This document shows, piece by piece, positions 29,943 to 40,672 of a stretch of DNA of 64,000 nt. Both the position numbers and the translations under genes were made by a program. The DNA is from Bacillota bacterium (lineage in GTDB: Bacteria > Bacillota > Sulfobacillia > RBS10-35 > Bu92), in NCBI GenBank assembly GCA_014896375.1, contig JADBKN010000046.1, positions 3,376-67,375 of the forward strand, written 5' to 3'. The notes beneath the pieces are model-generated. The model ran no database searches and was not told the DNA's origin. It was given only the letters and a program-made list of their open reading frames with translations. Positions within the stretch are counted from its first letter, which is position 1, and the number at the start of each line of letters is the position of its first letter.

Positions 29943-30935
29943 GTGGAGACGTTCCGCGCCTATCTCGTGGAGCAGACGGAGGAAGGCTTTCGCGCCGGGC
30001 TTGCCCGCCTGGCGGAGGACAGGCTGCCGCCGGGCGAGGTCACCGTGCGCGTGGCCTATACCAGCGTGAACTACAAGGACGGCCTGGCGACGCTGCCGGA
30101 CGGCAAGGTGGTGCGCGCCTACCCGATGGTGCCGGGCATCGACCTCGCCGGCACCGTGGTGGCCTCCGCGGACCCGCGCTTCCGCCCGGGCCAGGCCGTG
30201 CTGGCGACGGGCTACGACCTCGGCGTCTCGCACTTCGGGGGCTACGCGGAGCTCGCGCGCCTGCCGGCGGACTGGCTCCTGCCGCTGCCGGAGGGGCTGA
30301 CGCTCCGAGAGGCGATGGCGCTCGGCACGGCCGGCTTCACCGCGGCGCTGGCGATCGCGCGCATGCAGGAGAACGGCCTCACGCCTGGCACCGGACCGGT
30401 GCTCGTGACGGGCGCCACGGGCGGGGTGGGCTCCCTCGCCGTCAACATCCTGGCGAAGCTCGGCTACGAGGTGGCCGCCAGCACCGGCAAGGCGGGCGAG
30501 CATGAGTACCTGCGCCGTCTGGGCGCGGCGGCCGTCCTGGACCGCGCGGAGACCACCGGTCCCGGCCGGCCGCTGGAGAAGGCGCGCTGGGCGGGGGCGG
30601 TCGACACCGTGGGCGCGGCCACACTGCCGTACGTCCTGCGCACCACGCGCCCCTGGGGCACGGTGGCGCTCTTGGGGAACGCCGGCGGGGCCGCCTTCGA
30701 GACGACCGTCTTCCCCTTCATCCTGCGCGGCGTGAGCCTTCTGGGCATCGATTCCGCCTACTGCCCGATGGAGCGCCGCCGCGAGCTCTGGCGGCGGCTC
30801 GCCGGCGAGTGGAAGCCGCCGGCCCTGGATCTCATCGCTTCTGAAGAGGTGGATCTCGACGGGCTACCGGATGCGCTCGGGCGCATCCTGCGCGGCGGGC
30901 TGCGGGGCCGCGTCGTTGTGCGGCTGGGCGGGTGA
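29943..30935 (+). CDS. YhdH/AcuI-like MDR oxidoreductase
   Basis: SVNYKDGLA, PGIDLAG, GTAGFTAA, VTGATGGVGS, PFILRGVSLLGIDS. Confidence 0.92.
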   Translation: METFRAYLVEQTEEGFRAGLARLAEDRLPPGEVTVRVAYTSVNYKDGLATLPDGKVVRAYPMVPGIDLAGTVVASADPRFRPGQAVLATGYDLGVSHFGGYAELARLPADWLLPLPEGLTLREAMALGTAGFTAALAIARMQENGLTPGTGPVLVTGATGGVGSLAVNILAKLGYEVAASTGKAGEHEYLRRLGAAAVLDRAETTGPGRPLEKARWAGAVDTVGAATLPYVLRTTRPWGTVALLGNAGGAAFETTVFPFILRGVSLLGIDSAYCPMERRRELWRRLAGEWKPPALDLIASEEVDLDGLPDALGRILRGGLRGRVVVRLGG

Positions 30936-32039
30936 GGGGACGTCCATGCGCTCCAGCTGCTCCAGCACCTTGATGGGGTAGTCCGCGAGCACGGAGCGGA
31001 CCGTCGTCTCCGGGGAGCTCCCGTCCATCACGCGCACCTCCGGCGCGCGCAGGTTCAGCTCGCCGTCGGTGACGACGCGCACGCGCGGCGCGCTGCCGAC
31101 CTCCGTTTGCCCGATGACGATCGCCATCTCCCCCGCGGCGGTGAGGAGGATCGTGCCCTCCGGATAGACGGCGAGGCGCCCCATGAGCGCCCTCACAGCG
31201 CGCGCGTCCAGCTTGCCCTCTTCGGCCATGGCGCGCACCTCGGCCATCGCCTCATGCGGCGGCTGGCCCAGCCCGTATGTGCGGTCGGCCGTGATCGTGT
31301 CGTAGATGTCGGCCACCGCGGTGATGCGCGCCCACGGGTGGATGGCCTCGCCGCTGAGGCCGCGGGGATAGCCGGAGCCGTCGAGCCGCTCGTGGTGCTG
31401 GTAGGCCACATGGGCCACGAGGATGGGCATGCCCGGCTGGCGCCGGAGGAGGTCGTAGCCGTCCCGGGCGTGCTGCTGGATGCGCTCGTACTCCTCCGGC
31501 GTGAGGCGGCCTCGCTTCTGGACGAGCTCCATGTAGAAGACTTTGCCGATGTCGTGCAGGAGCGCGCCGATGCCCAGCGGGCGCTGATCTTCCGGCGGGA
31601 TCCCCAGCGAGGCGGCGATGAGCAGGGAGTAGACGCAGACGTTGACCGAGTGCACGAAGAGGCCGTCGTCGAGGTTGCGCAGCATGGACACGTTCAGGGC
31701 GAGGTTCGGCTCCCGGCGGATCTCCGCGAGGATGCGGTCGATGATCAGCTGTACCGCCTGCGGCGTGACGACGCCGTTGGAGCGCATCCGCTCCAACGTC
31801 TTCGCGACGACGTTCATGGCCGCGCGGCGCGTCTCCTCCCTCAGCGCATCACCCGGCACGGCGTCCGGGGCGAGCGGATCCATGACGGGGATGGAGAGGT
31901 AACCCCTCTGCCGCAACTGCCGGACGTAATCCTGCGTGAGAACCACGCCTGCGGCGAGCAGCACGCGCCCGGCGCGGTCGTGGATCGTCTGGCCGAGCTT
32001 CATGCCGATCACCCGATCATCGAGGTGCACGATGCGCAT
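30864..32039 (-). CDS. HD-GYP phosphodiesterase
   Basis: HSVNV, LLHDIGK, HHERLDGSGYP, AVADIYD. Confidence 0.92.
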   Translation of the reverse strand: MRIVHLDDRVIGMKLGQTIHDRAGRVLLAAGVVLTQDYVRQLRQRGYLSIPVMDPLAPDAVPGDALREETRRAAMNVVAKTLERMRSNGVVTPQAVQLIIDRILAEIRREPNLALNVSMLRNLDDGLFVHSVNVCVYSLLIAASLGIPPEDQRPLGIGALLHDIGKVFYMELVQKRGRLTPEEYERIQQHARDGYDLLRRQPGMPILVAHVAYQHHERLDGSGYPRGLSGEAIHPWARITAVADIYDTITADRTYGLGQPPHEAMAEVRAMAEEGKLDARAVRALMGRLAVYPEGTILLTAAGEMAIVIGQTEVGSAPRVRVVTDGELNLRAPEVRVMDGSSPETTVRSVLADYPIKVLEQLERMDVPSPAQPHNDAAPQPAAQDAPERIR

Positions 32040-32132
32040 CTAAGGGAAAACCTCCGCAGGATTGCGACAAATTGTGGCAAATACTGTCACGCAATGACAT
32101 GGAGAATGAAAGAGGGCAGGCACCCGCAGGAC

Positions 32133-32810
32133 ATGGGAGTTTCCCCCCGGCGCGCCGTGCGTGTGGCGATCGTCGAGGATGAGCCGCTCTACCGCGACCT
32201 CCTTGAGGTGGCGCTGGAGCAGGATCCGGAATTGGAGGTCGTGGCGGCCTGCGGCGATGCCGCCGAGGCGCTGGAGCGGCTGCCGCCGCTCAAGCCGGAC
32301 GTGGCGCTTTTGGACCTGGACCTCGGCGAGGGGCCCGACGGCGTCCAGCTGGGGCGGGAGCTGCGCCGCAGGCTCGCCGGCCTCGGCATCATCCTGCTCT
32401 CCCACCACCGTGACCCTCGCTGGCTGGAGGGCGTCCCGCCAGGGGAACTCGCCGGCTGGTCCTATCTCCTCAAGCGCAGCCTCGCCGACGCGTCCGCCCT
32501 GCGGCGCGCCGTGCGGGGCGCGGCCGAAGGACTCGTCGTCCTCGATCCGGCGCTCGTGGCCGGATTCACGCCGCGCCGGCCCAGCCGGCTGGAGAGCCTC
32601 ACGCCGCGCCAACGGGAGATCCTGGCCCTGATGGCACAGGGCTTCCACAACGGCGCCATCGCCCGCCGCCTGCGGCTCACGGCGAAGTCCGTGGAGAACC
32701 AGATCCACGCCCTCTACCAGGCGCTCGGCATCAAGGAGGAGGCGGACTGGGCGCATCCGCGGGTGCAGGCCGTGCTCATCTATCTGCAGGAGAGCCGCTA
32801 CGCCACCTAA
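32133..32810 (+). CDS. NarL/LuxR family response regulator
   Basis: VAIVEDE, LLDLDL receiver; LTPRQREILALMAQG..N..IA..L HTH. Confidence 0.9.
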   Translation: MGVSPRRAVRVAIVEDEPLYRDLLEVALEQDPELEVVAACGDAAEALERLPPLKPDVALLDLDLGEGPDGVQLGRELRRRLAGLGIILLSHHRDPRWLEGVPPGELAGWSYLLKRSLADASALRRAVRGAAEGLVVLDPALVAGFTPRRPSRLESLTPRQREILALMAQGFHNGAIARRLRLTAKSVENQIHALYQALGIKEEADWAHPRVQAVLIYLQESRYAT

Positions 32811-33991
32811 AGGGGCAGTTCCACCTCGACGCGCGTGCCGCGGCCGGGCGCGCTCTCCACGGCCCAGCGCCCGCCGTGCGCCTCCGCGAGCAGCGCGATC
32901 GTCTTGAGCCCCAACCCGGGAGAAACGGCGCGAGGGTCGAAGCCGGCGCCGTCGTCCCGCACCACGGCCCGCAAGCGCTCGCCGTCCGTGTGGAGCTCGA
33001 CCTCCACGTGCGCAGCGCCCGCGTGGCGGCAGGCGTTGCCCAGCGCGGCCTCGAGGATGCGGTAGAGGGCGAGGCGCAGCGCCTCGGGGAAGCCGGGGCC
33101 GGCCGGTCCATCGCGGAACACGACGGCCGGGGAGGCCCGCACCTCCACGGCCGCCGTGCCGCCGGCGGCGTCCGCGAGCGAGCGCACGGCCGGCAGCAGC
33201 CCGGCGCGGATGACGGCCGGGTGGAGCGCGTGGCTGAGGTGGCGGACGTCCTCCTCGCGCAGGCGGTCGAGCAGCTCGCGCACCTCGCCCAGTTCGGCAT
33301 GGGCGGGGGAGGCCGGGTCGAGGCGCGCCTGGACCTGCCCCAGGCGATGCCAGGCCACGAGGAGGCGCGTCTGCACGCGCCCGTGGAGCGCGTAGGCGAC
33401 CTCCCGGCGCACGCGCTCCGCCGATTCCACCGCCACGCGCCGCGAGGCCGCGAGTTCCGCGACGGCCGCCTCCAGGCGGCGGACCGCGGCGTCGCGCTCG
33501 ACGGCGAGGGCCGCGAGCCGCACGAGCGCCTCGCACGCGCGGCGCAGCTGGGGGCCGAAGGGGCGGGCGTGGTGGAAGGCGAGGGCGCCGACGACCCGCC
33601 CCTCCACCCGCAGCGGCGAGGAGTAGGTGTGGCTGAGCCCTCCCACAGTGCAGGCGAGCTCCAGAAGGCGCGCATCCACCGTGCCGGCCGCCACTTCGCG
33701 CATGGGGGCGCAGACCGGCCGGCCTTCGAGGTAGATTCGGCGCACCCACGGATTGACGTCGGCGGCGAACTCCAGGCGCCCGGGGTGGAAGCCGGGCGCC
33801 ACGCCTGCGGCGAGGCCGGCCAGGCGCTGGAGGGCGGGGTGGGCGAAGCGCGCGGAGGGGCCCGCCCACACGCGGCCGCTCTGGGCGTCATAATGGAGCA
33901 GGTGCACCCAGCGCACGCGCGTGGCCGTGCGCGCCTGTTCGACGATCTCTTGTAGGAGGGACGGGTGCGCGCGAACGCCGGCGGCCGTCAT
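32807..33991 (-). CDS. GAF-domain sensor histidine kinase (NarX/HisKA_3-like)
   Basis: GAF-like N-terminus; EVAYALHG H-box; YRILEAALGNACRHA, VRDDGAGFD, GLGL, SAPGRGT. Confidence 0.85.
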   Translation of the reverse strand: MTAAGVRAHPSLLQEIVEQARTATRVRWVHLLHYDAQSGRVWAGPSARFAHPALQRLAGLAAGVAPGFHPGRLEFAADVNPWVRRIYLEGRPVCAPMREVAAGTVDARLLELACTVGGLSHTYSSPLRVEGRVVGALAFHHARPFGPQLRRACEALVRLAALAVERDAAVRRLEAAVAELAASRRVAVESAERVRREVAYALHGRVQTRLLVAWHRLGQVQARLDPASPAHAELGEVRELLDRLREEDVRHLSHALHPAVIRAGLLPAVRSLADAAGGTAAVEVRASPAVVFRDGPAGPGFPEALRLALYRILEAALGNACRHAGAAHVEVELHTDGERLRAVVRDDGAGFDPRAVSPGLGLKTIALLAEAHGGRWAVESAPGRGTRVEVELPL

Positions 33992-34056
33992 GGCGCATTC
34001 GTCTTCGCCGGGCGCGGCTCCATTCCTTGCGGACGACGGGAAAGGACGGGAGGCCG

Positions 34057-35052
34057 GTGGATCTCTGGCTCCTGGGGGTGGACGGCGGCGGCACCCGCAC
34101 GACGGCCGTGGTCGGCGACGCGGCGGGTGAGGTATGGGGCGCCGGCGAGGCGGGGCCGTCGAACCACCACAACGTGGGCCTGGCGCGCGCCGCGCGCGCG
34201 GTGGAGACGGCCGTGCGGCGCGCGCTGCGGGCGGCGGAGCGGCGCTGGCGCCGCCTGCGCGCGGGCGCGCCGCTCCCGCCGGTGGCGGCCGCGGCCCTGG
34301 GGCTGGCCGGCCTGGACGCCGGACGGGACCTGGAACGCTGGTCGGCCGCGCTCTCCGGCCGCCTTCCGGCCGCGCGCCTCAGGCTCATGCACGACGGCGA
34401 GATCGCGCTGCGCGCCGCCTTTCCCCGAGGTTCGGGCCTCCTCGTCATCGCCGGCACGGGCTCCGTGGTGCTGGCCACCGACGGCCGGCGGCAGGTGCGC
34501 GTGGGCGGCTGGGGGCGCTGGCTGGGGGACCAGGGCAGCGCCTGGGAGGTCGGCCTGGCGGGCCTGCGTGCGGCCGTGGCCGCGCACGACGGCTGGGGCG
34601 AGCCCACGGAGCTCGTGGAGCGGCTGCGCGCCGCCTGGCCGGCGGGGGATCCGCGGGAGCTGGTGGCGGAGGGCCTGGAGGGGCCGCGCGCCATGCGGCG
34701 CATCGCCGCGTTCGCGGCCGAGGTGACGGCCGCGGCGGCGGCCGGCGACGCCGTCGCGGCGCGCATCCTGGACGCCGCGGCCGCGGCGCTCGCGGCCCAG
34801 GCGGCGGCGGCGCGGCGCCGCCTGGGCGCGCCGGTGACGGCGGCGGCGCTCACGGGCGGCATGTTCCGCGCCGCCGCGTACCGCGAGCGCGTCGCCGCCG
34901 CGCTGCGCCGCGCCCTGCCCGGGGTGGAGGCGGCGCCCGCGGCGGCGCCGCCGGTGCTCGGCGCGCTCGCCGCCGCGGCCGCGGACGCGGGCGTGGCGCC
35001 GCCCGCGGCGCTGCGCGTGCCGGCGGAGTTCGCCGCGCGCCTGAAGAACTGA
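34057..35052 (+). CDS. BadF/BadG/BcrA/BcrD family sugar kinase (GlcNAc/MurNAc kinase-like)
   Basis: GVDGGGTRT, AGPSN, VIAGTGS, GGWG..LGDQGSA. Confidence 0.88.
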   Translation: MDLWLLGVDGGGTRTTAVVGDAAGEVWGAGEAGPSNHHNVGLARAARAVETAVRRALRAAERRWRRLRAGAPLPPVAAAALGLAGLDAGRDLERWSAALSGRLPAARLRLMHDGEIALRAAFPRGSGLLVIAGTGSVVLATDGRRQVRVGGWGRWLGDQGSAWEVGLAGLRAAVAAHDGWGEPTELVERLRAAWPAGDPRELVAEGLEGPRAMRRIAAFAAEVTAAAAAGDAVAARILDAAAAALAAQAAAARRRLGAPVTAAALTGGMFRAAAYRERVAAALRRALPGVEAAPAAAPPVLGALAAAAADAGVAPPAALRVPAEFAARLKN

Positions 35053-35068
35053 ATGCGCCCGCGCGCGG

Positions 35069-35965
35069 CTACACAGCCAGCGCGCGCAGCACCTGCGCCA
35101 CCTCTTCCGCCAGCGCGCGCCGCTCCTCCTCCGGCAGGGGCAGGAGCGGCGCCCGCGGCGCCCCGCCGGTGAAGCCGGCCGCGTCCATGCCGGCCTTGTA
35201 CCCGGGGATGCCGAGCCGGTTCAGCCGCCGCAGCGCCGGCAGGAGCCTGCGGTGCAGCGCCGCCGCCTCCTCCGCGCGGCCCGCCCGGAGGAGCCCGTCG
35301 ATCCGCCCCAACGCCTCCGGGAAGACGTTCGCGCTGGCGAGGATCGCGCCGCGCGCGCCGAGCAGCCGGGCGGCCGGGAGAAGCACGTCGGCGCCCGTGA
35401 AGACGCCGAAGCCCGGGGGCGCCAGCTGCACGAGGTCCGCGATCTGCGCGAGATCCCCGGCGCTGTCCTTGATGCCGGCGATGTTGCCGTGCGCGGCCAG
35501 CTCCGCCACCTGCCGCGCGCTCAGGTTGAGGCCTGTCGTCTGGGGGATGTTGTAGACGAGGACCGGGATCGGCGAGGCGTCCGCCACGGTCCGGAAGAAG
35601 GCGGCCACCTCGCGTTCCCGCAAGGCGTTCTTGTAGTAGGAGGGCGTCACCACCAGCGCCGCCTGCGCGCCGAGCTCCGCCGCGCGCCGCGTCAGCCGCA
35701 CGGTGGCGGCTGTCGACGGCTCGCCCGTCTGCGCGATCACCGGCCGCCCCGCGGCCTCCTCCACCACCGCCGCGATCGCCCGTTCCTTCTCCTCGAAGGA
35801 GAGATGCGGGAACTCCCCCGTGGACCCGAGCACGAGGTACCCGCCGAGCGGCGCCTCCCGCAGCGCGCGCACGTTGCGCCGCAGGGCCGCCTCGTCCAGC
35901 TCGCCGTCCGCTGTGAAGGGCGTCGCCAATGCCGGCACGACGCCCTCAAGCGCGAATTCCGCCAC
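35069..35965 (-). CDS. Dihydrodipicolinate synthase/N-acetylneuraminate lyase family aldolase
   Basis: TPF, LGSTGE, YNIP, GIKDSAG (Schiff-base Lys). Confidence 0.88.
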   Translation of the reverse strand: MAEFALEGVVPALATPFTADGELDEAALRRNVRALREAPLGGYLVLGSTGEFPHLSFEEKERAIAAVVEEAAGRPVIAQTGEPSTAATVRLTRRAAELGAQAALVVTPSYYKNALREREVAAFFRTVADASPIPVLVYNIPQTTGLNLSARQVAELAAHGNIAGIKDSAGDLAQIADLVQLAPPGFGVFTGADVLLPAARLLGARGAILASANVFPEALGRIDGLLRAGRAEEAAALHRRLLPALRRLNRLGIPGYKAGMDAAGFTGGAPRAPLLPLPEEERRALAEEVAQVLRALAV

Positions 35966-36031
35966 CGCCTGCGCCTCCCCGGGCGGCCCGCCGCGCGCCC
36001 CGCCCGCGGGCGGGCGCAGGCGGCGCGGGCC

Positions 36032-36634
36032 CTACTTCGATTGCGGCGACCAGTGCTTCGGGTCCACGGAGAGGTCGGCGGCCAGGGCCGGCGAGAGGAG
36101 GTAGACGCCGGGGTGGCCGTCGATCAGCGCGTAATCGTTGCCGGTGATCGGGTCGTTGGCGCCGATCGTGACCTTCACCGTGCTGCCGTCCTCCTGGGTG
36201 ACGGTGACCACCCAGCGCGGGTCTCCGAAGCCGTACTCGCTGGCCTTGCCCGGGTTCTCGATCTTCTTCGCGGCCGTCAGGTGCCTGAAGTGCCGGTCCA
36301 GGAAGGCCCGCACCTGCGCCGCGTCCGCCTCTCCGACGGTGCGGCCGGCGCCGTTGACCATCGTCCACTTGGAGCCCTGAAGGAGCAGTCCGAGATCCTC
36401 CATCTGCTGGTTCTCCATGGTGATCTCGTTCACCTTGGACGTGTCGACGTCCGCGAGGTGCAGGGGCGCGTTCTGCCGTTCCGCCTGGCGCGGCTGCCAG
36501 ACGAAGACCCAGGCGGCCAGCCCGGCGACGACGACCAGCGCCACGAGCGGCGCGAACCAGCGCGCGGCCTGCGCGCGGCCGGGGCGGGCGGCGCCGGGCG
36601 CTGCAGTCCCGCGGGCGGGGTGTTTCTTGGCCAA
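36032..36634 (-). CDS. Membrane-anchored DUF4340-like protein
   Basis: One N-terminal TM; EYGFGDP...TIG...P...YA...VYL pattern; last gene of a Gld-like ABC operon. Confidence 0.7.
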   Translation of the reverse strand: MAKKHPARGTAAPGAARPGRAQAARWFAPLVALVVVAGLAAWVFVWQPRQAERQNAPLHLADVDTSKVNEITMENQQMEDLGLLLQGSKWTMVNGAGRTVGEADAAQVRAFLDRHFRHLTAAKKIENPGKASEYGFGDPRWVVTVTQEDGSTVKVTIGANDPITGNDYALIDGHPGVYLLSPALAADLSVDPKHWSPQSK

Positions 36635-36727
36635 GGGGATGCCTCCTCCGCTCGAAAATGCGATGCTTTACCAAAGAGTCCTGCCCATGAGTGTACCCTC
36701 TTGGCGCGCGGCGCGCGGCCGCGGCCC

Positions 36728-38161
36728 TCACAGCCGCCGGCGGCGCCACCACACGAGCGCCCCGGCGCCCAGCGCCAGGAGCGGCAGGAGCACCACGGTC
36801 ACGATCATGAGGATCGTCGCCTGTGCGGCGTCGATCGCCATCGGCGCGGCCACGACCGGTTTCGGCCGCAGCGTCACGCCCTCCTGGCGCCCGGAGAGCC
36901 AGCCGGCGGCGTTGAGGAGCAGGTCGTGGTTCCCCTGGATGCCGAACCACTGCTGCGTCGCGAAGACGCTGCCGCCGAAGACGACGGCGCGGAAGCCCTT
37001 GCCGGCGCCCGCGCCCGGCGCCGCCTCGCTGGAGCCGGCGCCCTGGCCGGGCAGCCCGTCCACGGCCACGGCCACCGTCAGCGGGCCGGTGCGGTCCGTG
37101 CCTTTACTGAACGACGCCGCGTTCTTAAAGTCCGTCTCGCCCCACGCCTGGTCGGAGGTCGTGAGGAGCGGCGTCACGCGCCCGCGCTGGGAGTCGTAGT
37201 CCAGGCCCCCGGCGGCCGGGAAGACGGTCGCCACGCGCGCGTCGTCCAGCGGCTGGACGATCGGCGAATACCCGTACTGCGGGATCAGCGCCGTCGGATC
37301 CGTCAGGTAGTGGCGCGCCGGGTCGATGACGTAGTCCCGCTGCGGCGTCACGCCCCATTCCTTGAGGAGCGCGTCCAGGTGCGGCAGCGGCGTGTCGGAC
37401 GGGTCGCGCATCACGAGGATGTGACCGCCCTTGGCCGCGTACTTGCGCACGGCGTCGGCCTCCGCGGGTTGCAGGTCATGCTGCGGCGCGGCGATGACGA
37501 GCACCGCGGCGTCGTCCGGCACGGCGGGCTGCTGGAGGAGGTTCAGCCGCAGCACGTCGTAGCCCTGGTCGCGCAGCGCCTGGCTGAAGGCGTAGAGCTC
37601 GCGGTCCTCGGCCAGCTCGCCGTGCCCTTCAAGGAAGTAGACCTTGAGCGTCTCCGGGTGCGCCACGCGGAGGATGGCGCTCGTCAGCGCCGCCTCGCCG
37701 TTCCAGTCGTTGGGGCTCTGGCTCGTGCCGTAGAAGTCCCAGGAGTGGAGCACTTCCCGGTGGCCGCCCTGGGCCACCACGACCTCGTCGGCCTCCGTCA
37801 CGCCGTACTTCTGCGCCTCGCTGGGGTGCGCCGTCGGGTCGATCGCCTGGAAGCGCACGCGGCCCGGCACTGCGTGCTGGTAAGCGCGCACGAGGTCCTC
37901 GAGCGGCCTGGCGAAGCTGCTGTCGGATGTGACGAACGCGATCACGTCGACCGGCTGCTTCAGCTCCTTCAGCACCTCCACCGTCTGCGGTGCAAGGGTG
38001 TACATGCGGTTGAGCGTCAGGTCCCAGCTGCGGGAGGCGCGCACGCCCGCCACGTTGGCGAGGATCAGGGCGGCGATGACGGCCGCCGTGTAGGTCGCCG
38101 AGAAGGCGCGCCAGCGGCGGCGTGCGGCGGCCGCGGCGGAGTCGTTCGGCATCTCGGGCAC
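36728..38161 (-). CDS. GldG-like ABC transporter auxiliary component
   Basis: WDLT.NRMYTL..QT...L..L..PV, VYFLEGHGE, N.DLLLNA..WL, N- and C-terminal TMs. Confidence 0.85.
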   Translation of the reverse strand: MPEMPNDSAAAAARRRWRAFSATYTAAVIAALILANVAGVRASRSWDLTLNRMYTLAPQTVEVLKELKQPVDVIAFVTSDSSFARPLEDLVRAYQHAVPGRVRFQAIDPTAHPSEAQKYGVTEADEVVVAQGGHREVLHSWDFYGTSQSPNDWNGEAALTSAILRVAHPETLKVYFLEGHGELAEDRELYAFSQALRDQGYDVLRLNLLQQPAVPDDAAVLVIAAPQHDLQPAEADAVRKYAAKGGHILVMRDPSDTPLPHLDALLKEWGVTPQRDYVIDPARHYLTDPTALIPQYGYSPIVQPLDDARVATVFPAAGGLDYDSQRGRVTPLLTTSDQAWGETDFKNAASFSKGTDRTGPLTVAVAVDGLPGQGAGSSEAAPGAGAGKGFRAVVFGGSVFATQQWFGIQGNHDLLLNAAGWLSGRQEGVTLRPKPVVAAPMAIDAAQATILMIVTVVLLPLLALGAGALVWWRRRRL

Positions 38162-38165
38162 CTCC

Positions 38166-38871
38166 TCACGTCCAGCGGCGCGCCTCGATGGAGCGCACCG
38201 CGAAGAACAGTCCGGCGAAGATCAGGCTGCCGAAGTAGATCAGATGCTGCGTGTCGATGACGCCGCGCACGAAGTCCCAGAGGTGCCGGTAGACGGCCAG
38301 GTAGTTGAGCACGTCCCCCAGGCGGCCGCCCACGGAGCCGCCGAGCCAGTCGGCGAGCCAAAGGAGCAGCGTGAAGCCGAAGCCGATCATCCCGGCCACC
38401 ACCGGGTTGTCCGAGAGGCTCGACGCCCAGAGGCCGAGGGACAGGAAGGCGGCGCCGAGGAGCACCAGGCCCAGGTACGTCGTGAGCATGGCGTGCCAGT
38501 CGAAGGAGCCGCCGTAGTGCCAGACGGCCAGCGGGTAGACGAGCGTCACGACGAGGAACGCCAGGTAGAGGACCAGCGTGCCCAGGAACTTGCCGGCCAC
38601 CCACTGCCATGGGCTCACGGGCGAGGTGAGGATGAGCTCCTCCGTCCCCGCGCGCCGCTCCTCGGAGAGAAGGCGCATCGTCCACACGGGCGCGATGAAG
38701 ACGAAGAGCAGTGCCACGTTGCCGAGAAGCCCCGACACGTCCGGGGCGCTGGAGACCACCACGAGCGTGACGAAGAAGTAGCCGCAGATGGCGGCGAAGA
38801 CGGCGAGCAGCACGTACGCCGTCGGCGAGGTGAAGTAGGAGCCCAGCTCGCGCCGGGCCACGGTCCACACC

Positions 38872-38879
<8 letters not shown>
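38166..38879 (-). CDS. GldF-like ABC-2 permease
   Basis: RELGSYFTSP.AY, TMRLLSEERRAGT.EL.LTSPV, GKFL. Confidence 0.88.
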
Positions 38880-39831
<952 letters not shown>

Positions 39832-39953
39832 GCTGCGTCCCTCCCGCCCGGCCAGTGTGAAATGCGATTGTCAACAAAATCAAAACCGACAGGATTTGCG
39901 TTGGCGAAGCCGGTACAATTTTCATGAACCGCCTTGGAAAGGGGAGAGCGCCC

Positions 39954-40634
39954 ATGGCACTGGAGGTCAAGTGGGTCGGCCACGCCACGTTTGAACTGAG
40001 AACGGCGTCCGGCCGCACGGTGGTCATCGACCCGTGGTACACCGGAAGCCCCGTGGCCAAGGACCCCCTGCCGGACCGCGTCGACTTCGTCCTCCTGACC
40101 CACGACCACTTCGACCACGTCAAGGACGTGGCGGAGCTCGCGCGGCGCGGCGCGAAGGTCGTGACGCAGCCGGAGACGGGCGCGCGCCTCAAGCGCGAGG
40201 AGGGTGCTCCGGAAGACCGCATCCTCGACATGAACCTGGGCGGCACCGTCTCCCTGGCGGATGATCTGCAGGTGACGATGATCCCCGCCCTGCACACCTC
40301 GAACACCGGCGTCCCCTCGGGCTACATCGTGCGCGCGGGCGGGTTCACCGTGGCGCACCTCGGGGACACGGCGCTCTTCCGTGACCTGGAACTGTACGGC
40401 GAGATGTATCCCATCGACCTGGCCCTCGTGCCGATCGGCGACCACTACACGATGGGACCGCGCGCCGCGGCGAGGGCCGTGGCGTTCCTGAAGGCGCGCG
40501 TGGCCGCGCCCATGCACTACCGGACCTTCCCGGTCCTCGCCCGGTCGGCGGAGCCGTTCGTCGCCGCGCTCAAGGACCTGGCGCCGAAGGCGGCGCCGTG
40601 GGTGCCGGAGATCGGCGAGAGCCGCACGTTTTGA
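39954..40634 (+). CDS. Metallo-beta-lactamase fold hydrolase (UPF0173-like)
   Basis: WVGHATF, THDHFDH, HLGDT, PIGDHYTMGP, PMHY. Confidence 0.9.
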   Translation: MALEVKWVGHATFELRTASGRTVVIDPWYTGSPVAKDPLPDRVDFVLLTHDHFDHVKDVAELARRGAKVVTQPETGARLKREEGAPEDRILDMNLGGTVSLADDLQVTMIPALHTSNTGVPSGYIVRAGGFTVAHLGDTALFRDLELYGEMYPIDLALVPIGDHYTMGPRAAARAVAFLKARVAAPMHYRTFPVLARSAEPFVAALKDLAPKAAPWVPEIGESRTF

Positions 40635-40672
40635 CGCGTGTTCCGCCGCCCTGGAGAGGGGAGGAACGAGGT

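Noticed and set aside
35069-35965. dapA
   Set aside because: GSTGE motif and no lysine-pathway neighbours; only a family-level call is supported
35252-38260. 1002-aa plus-strand ORF (and similar long Arg/Ala/Pro-rich ORFs such as 3105-5432, 5810-8395, 49991-52915, 57065-59488)
   Set aside because: Antisense or off-frame shadows of recognisable genes; no motifs
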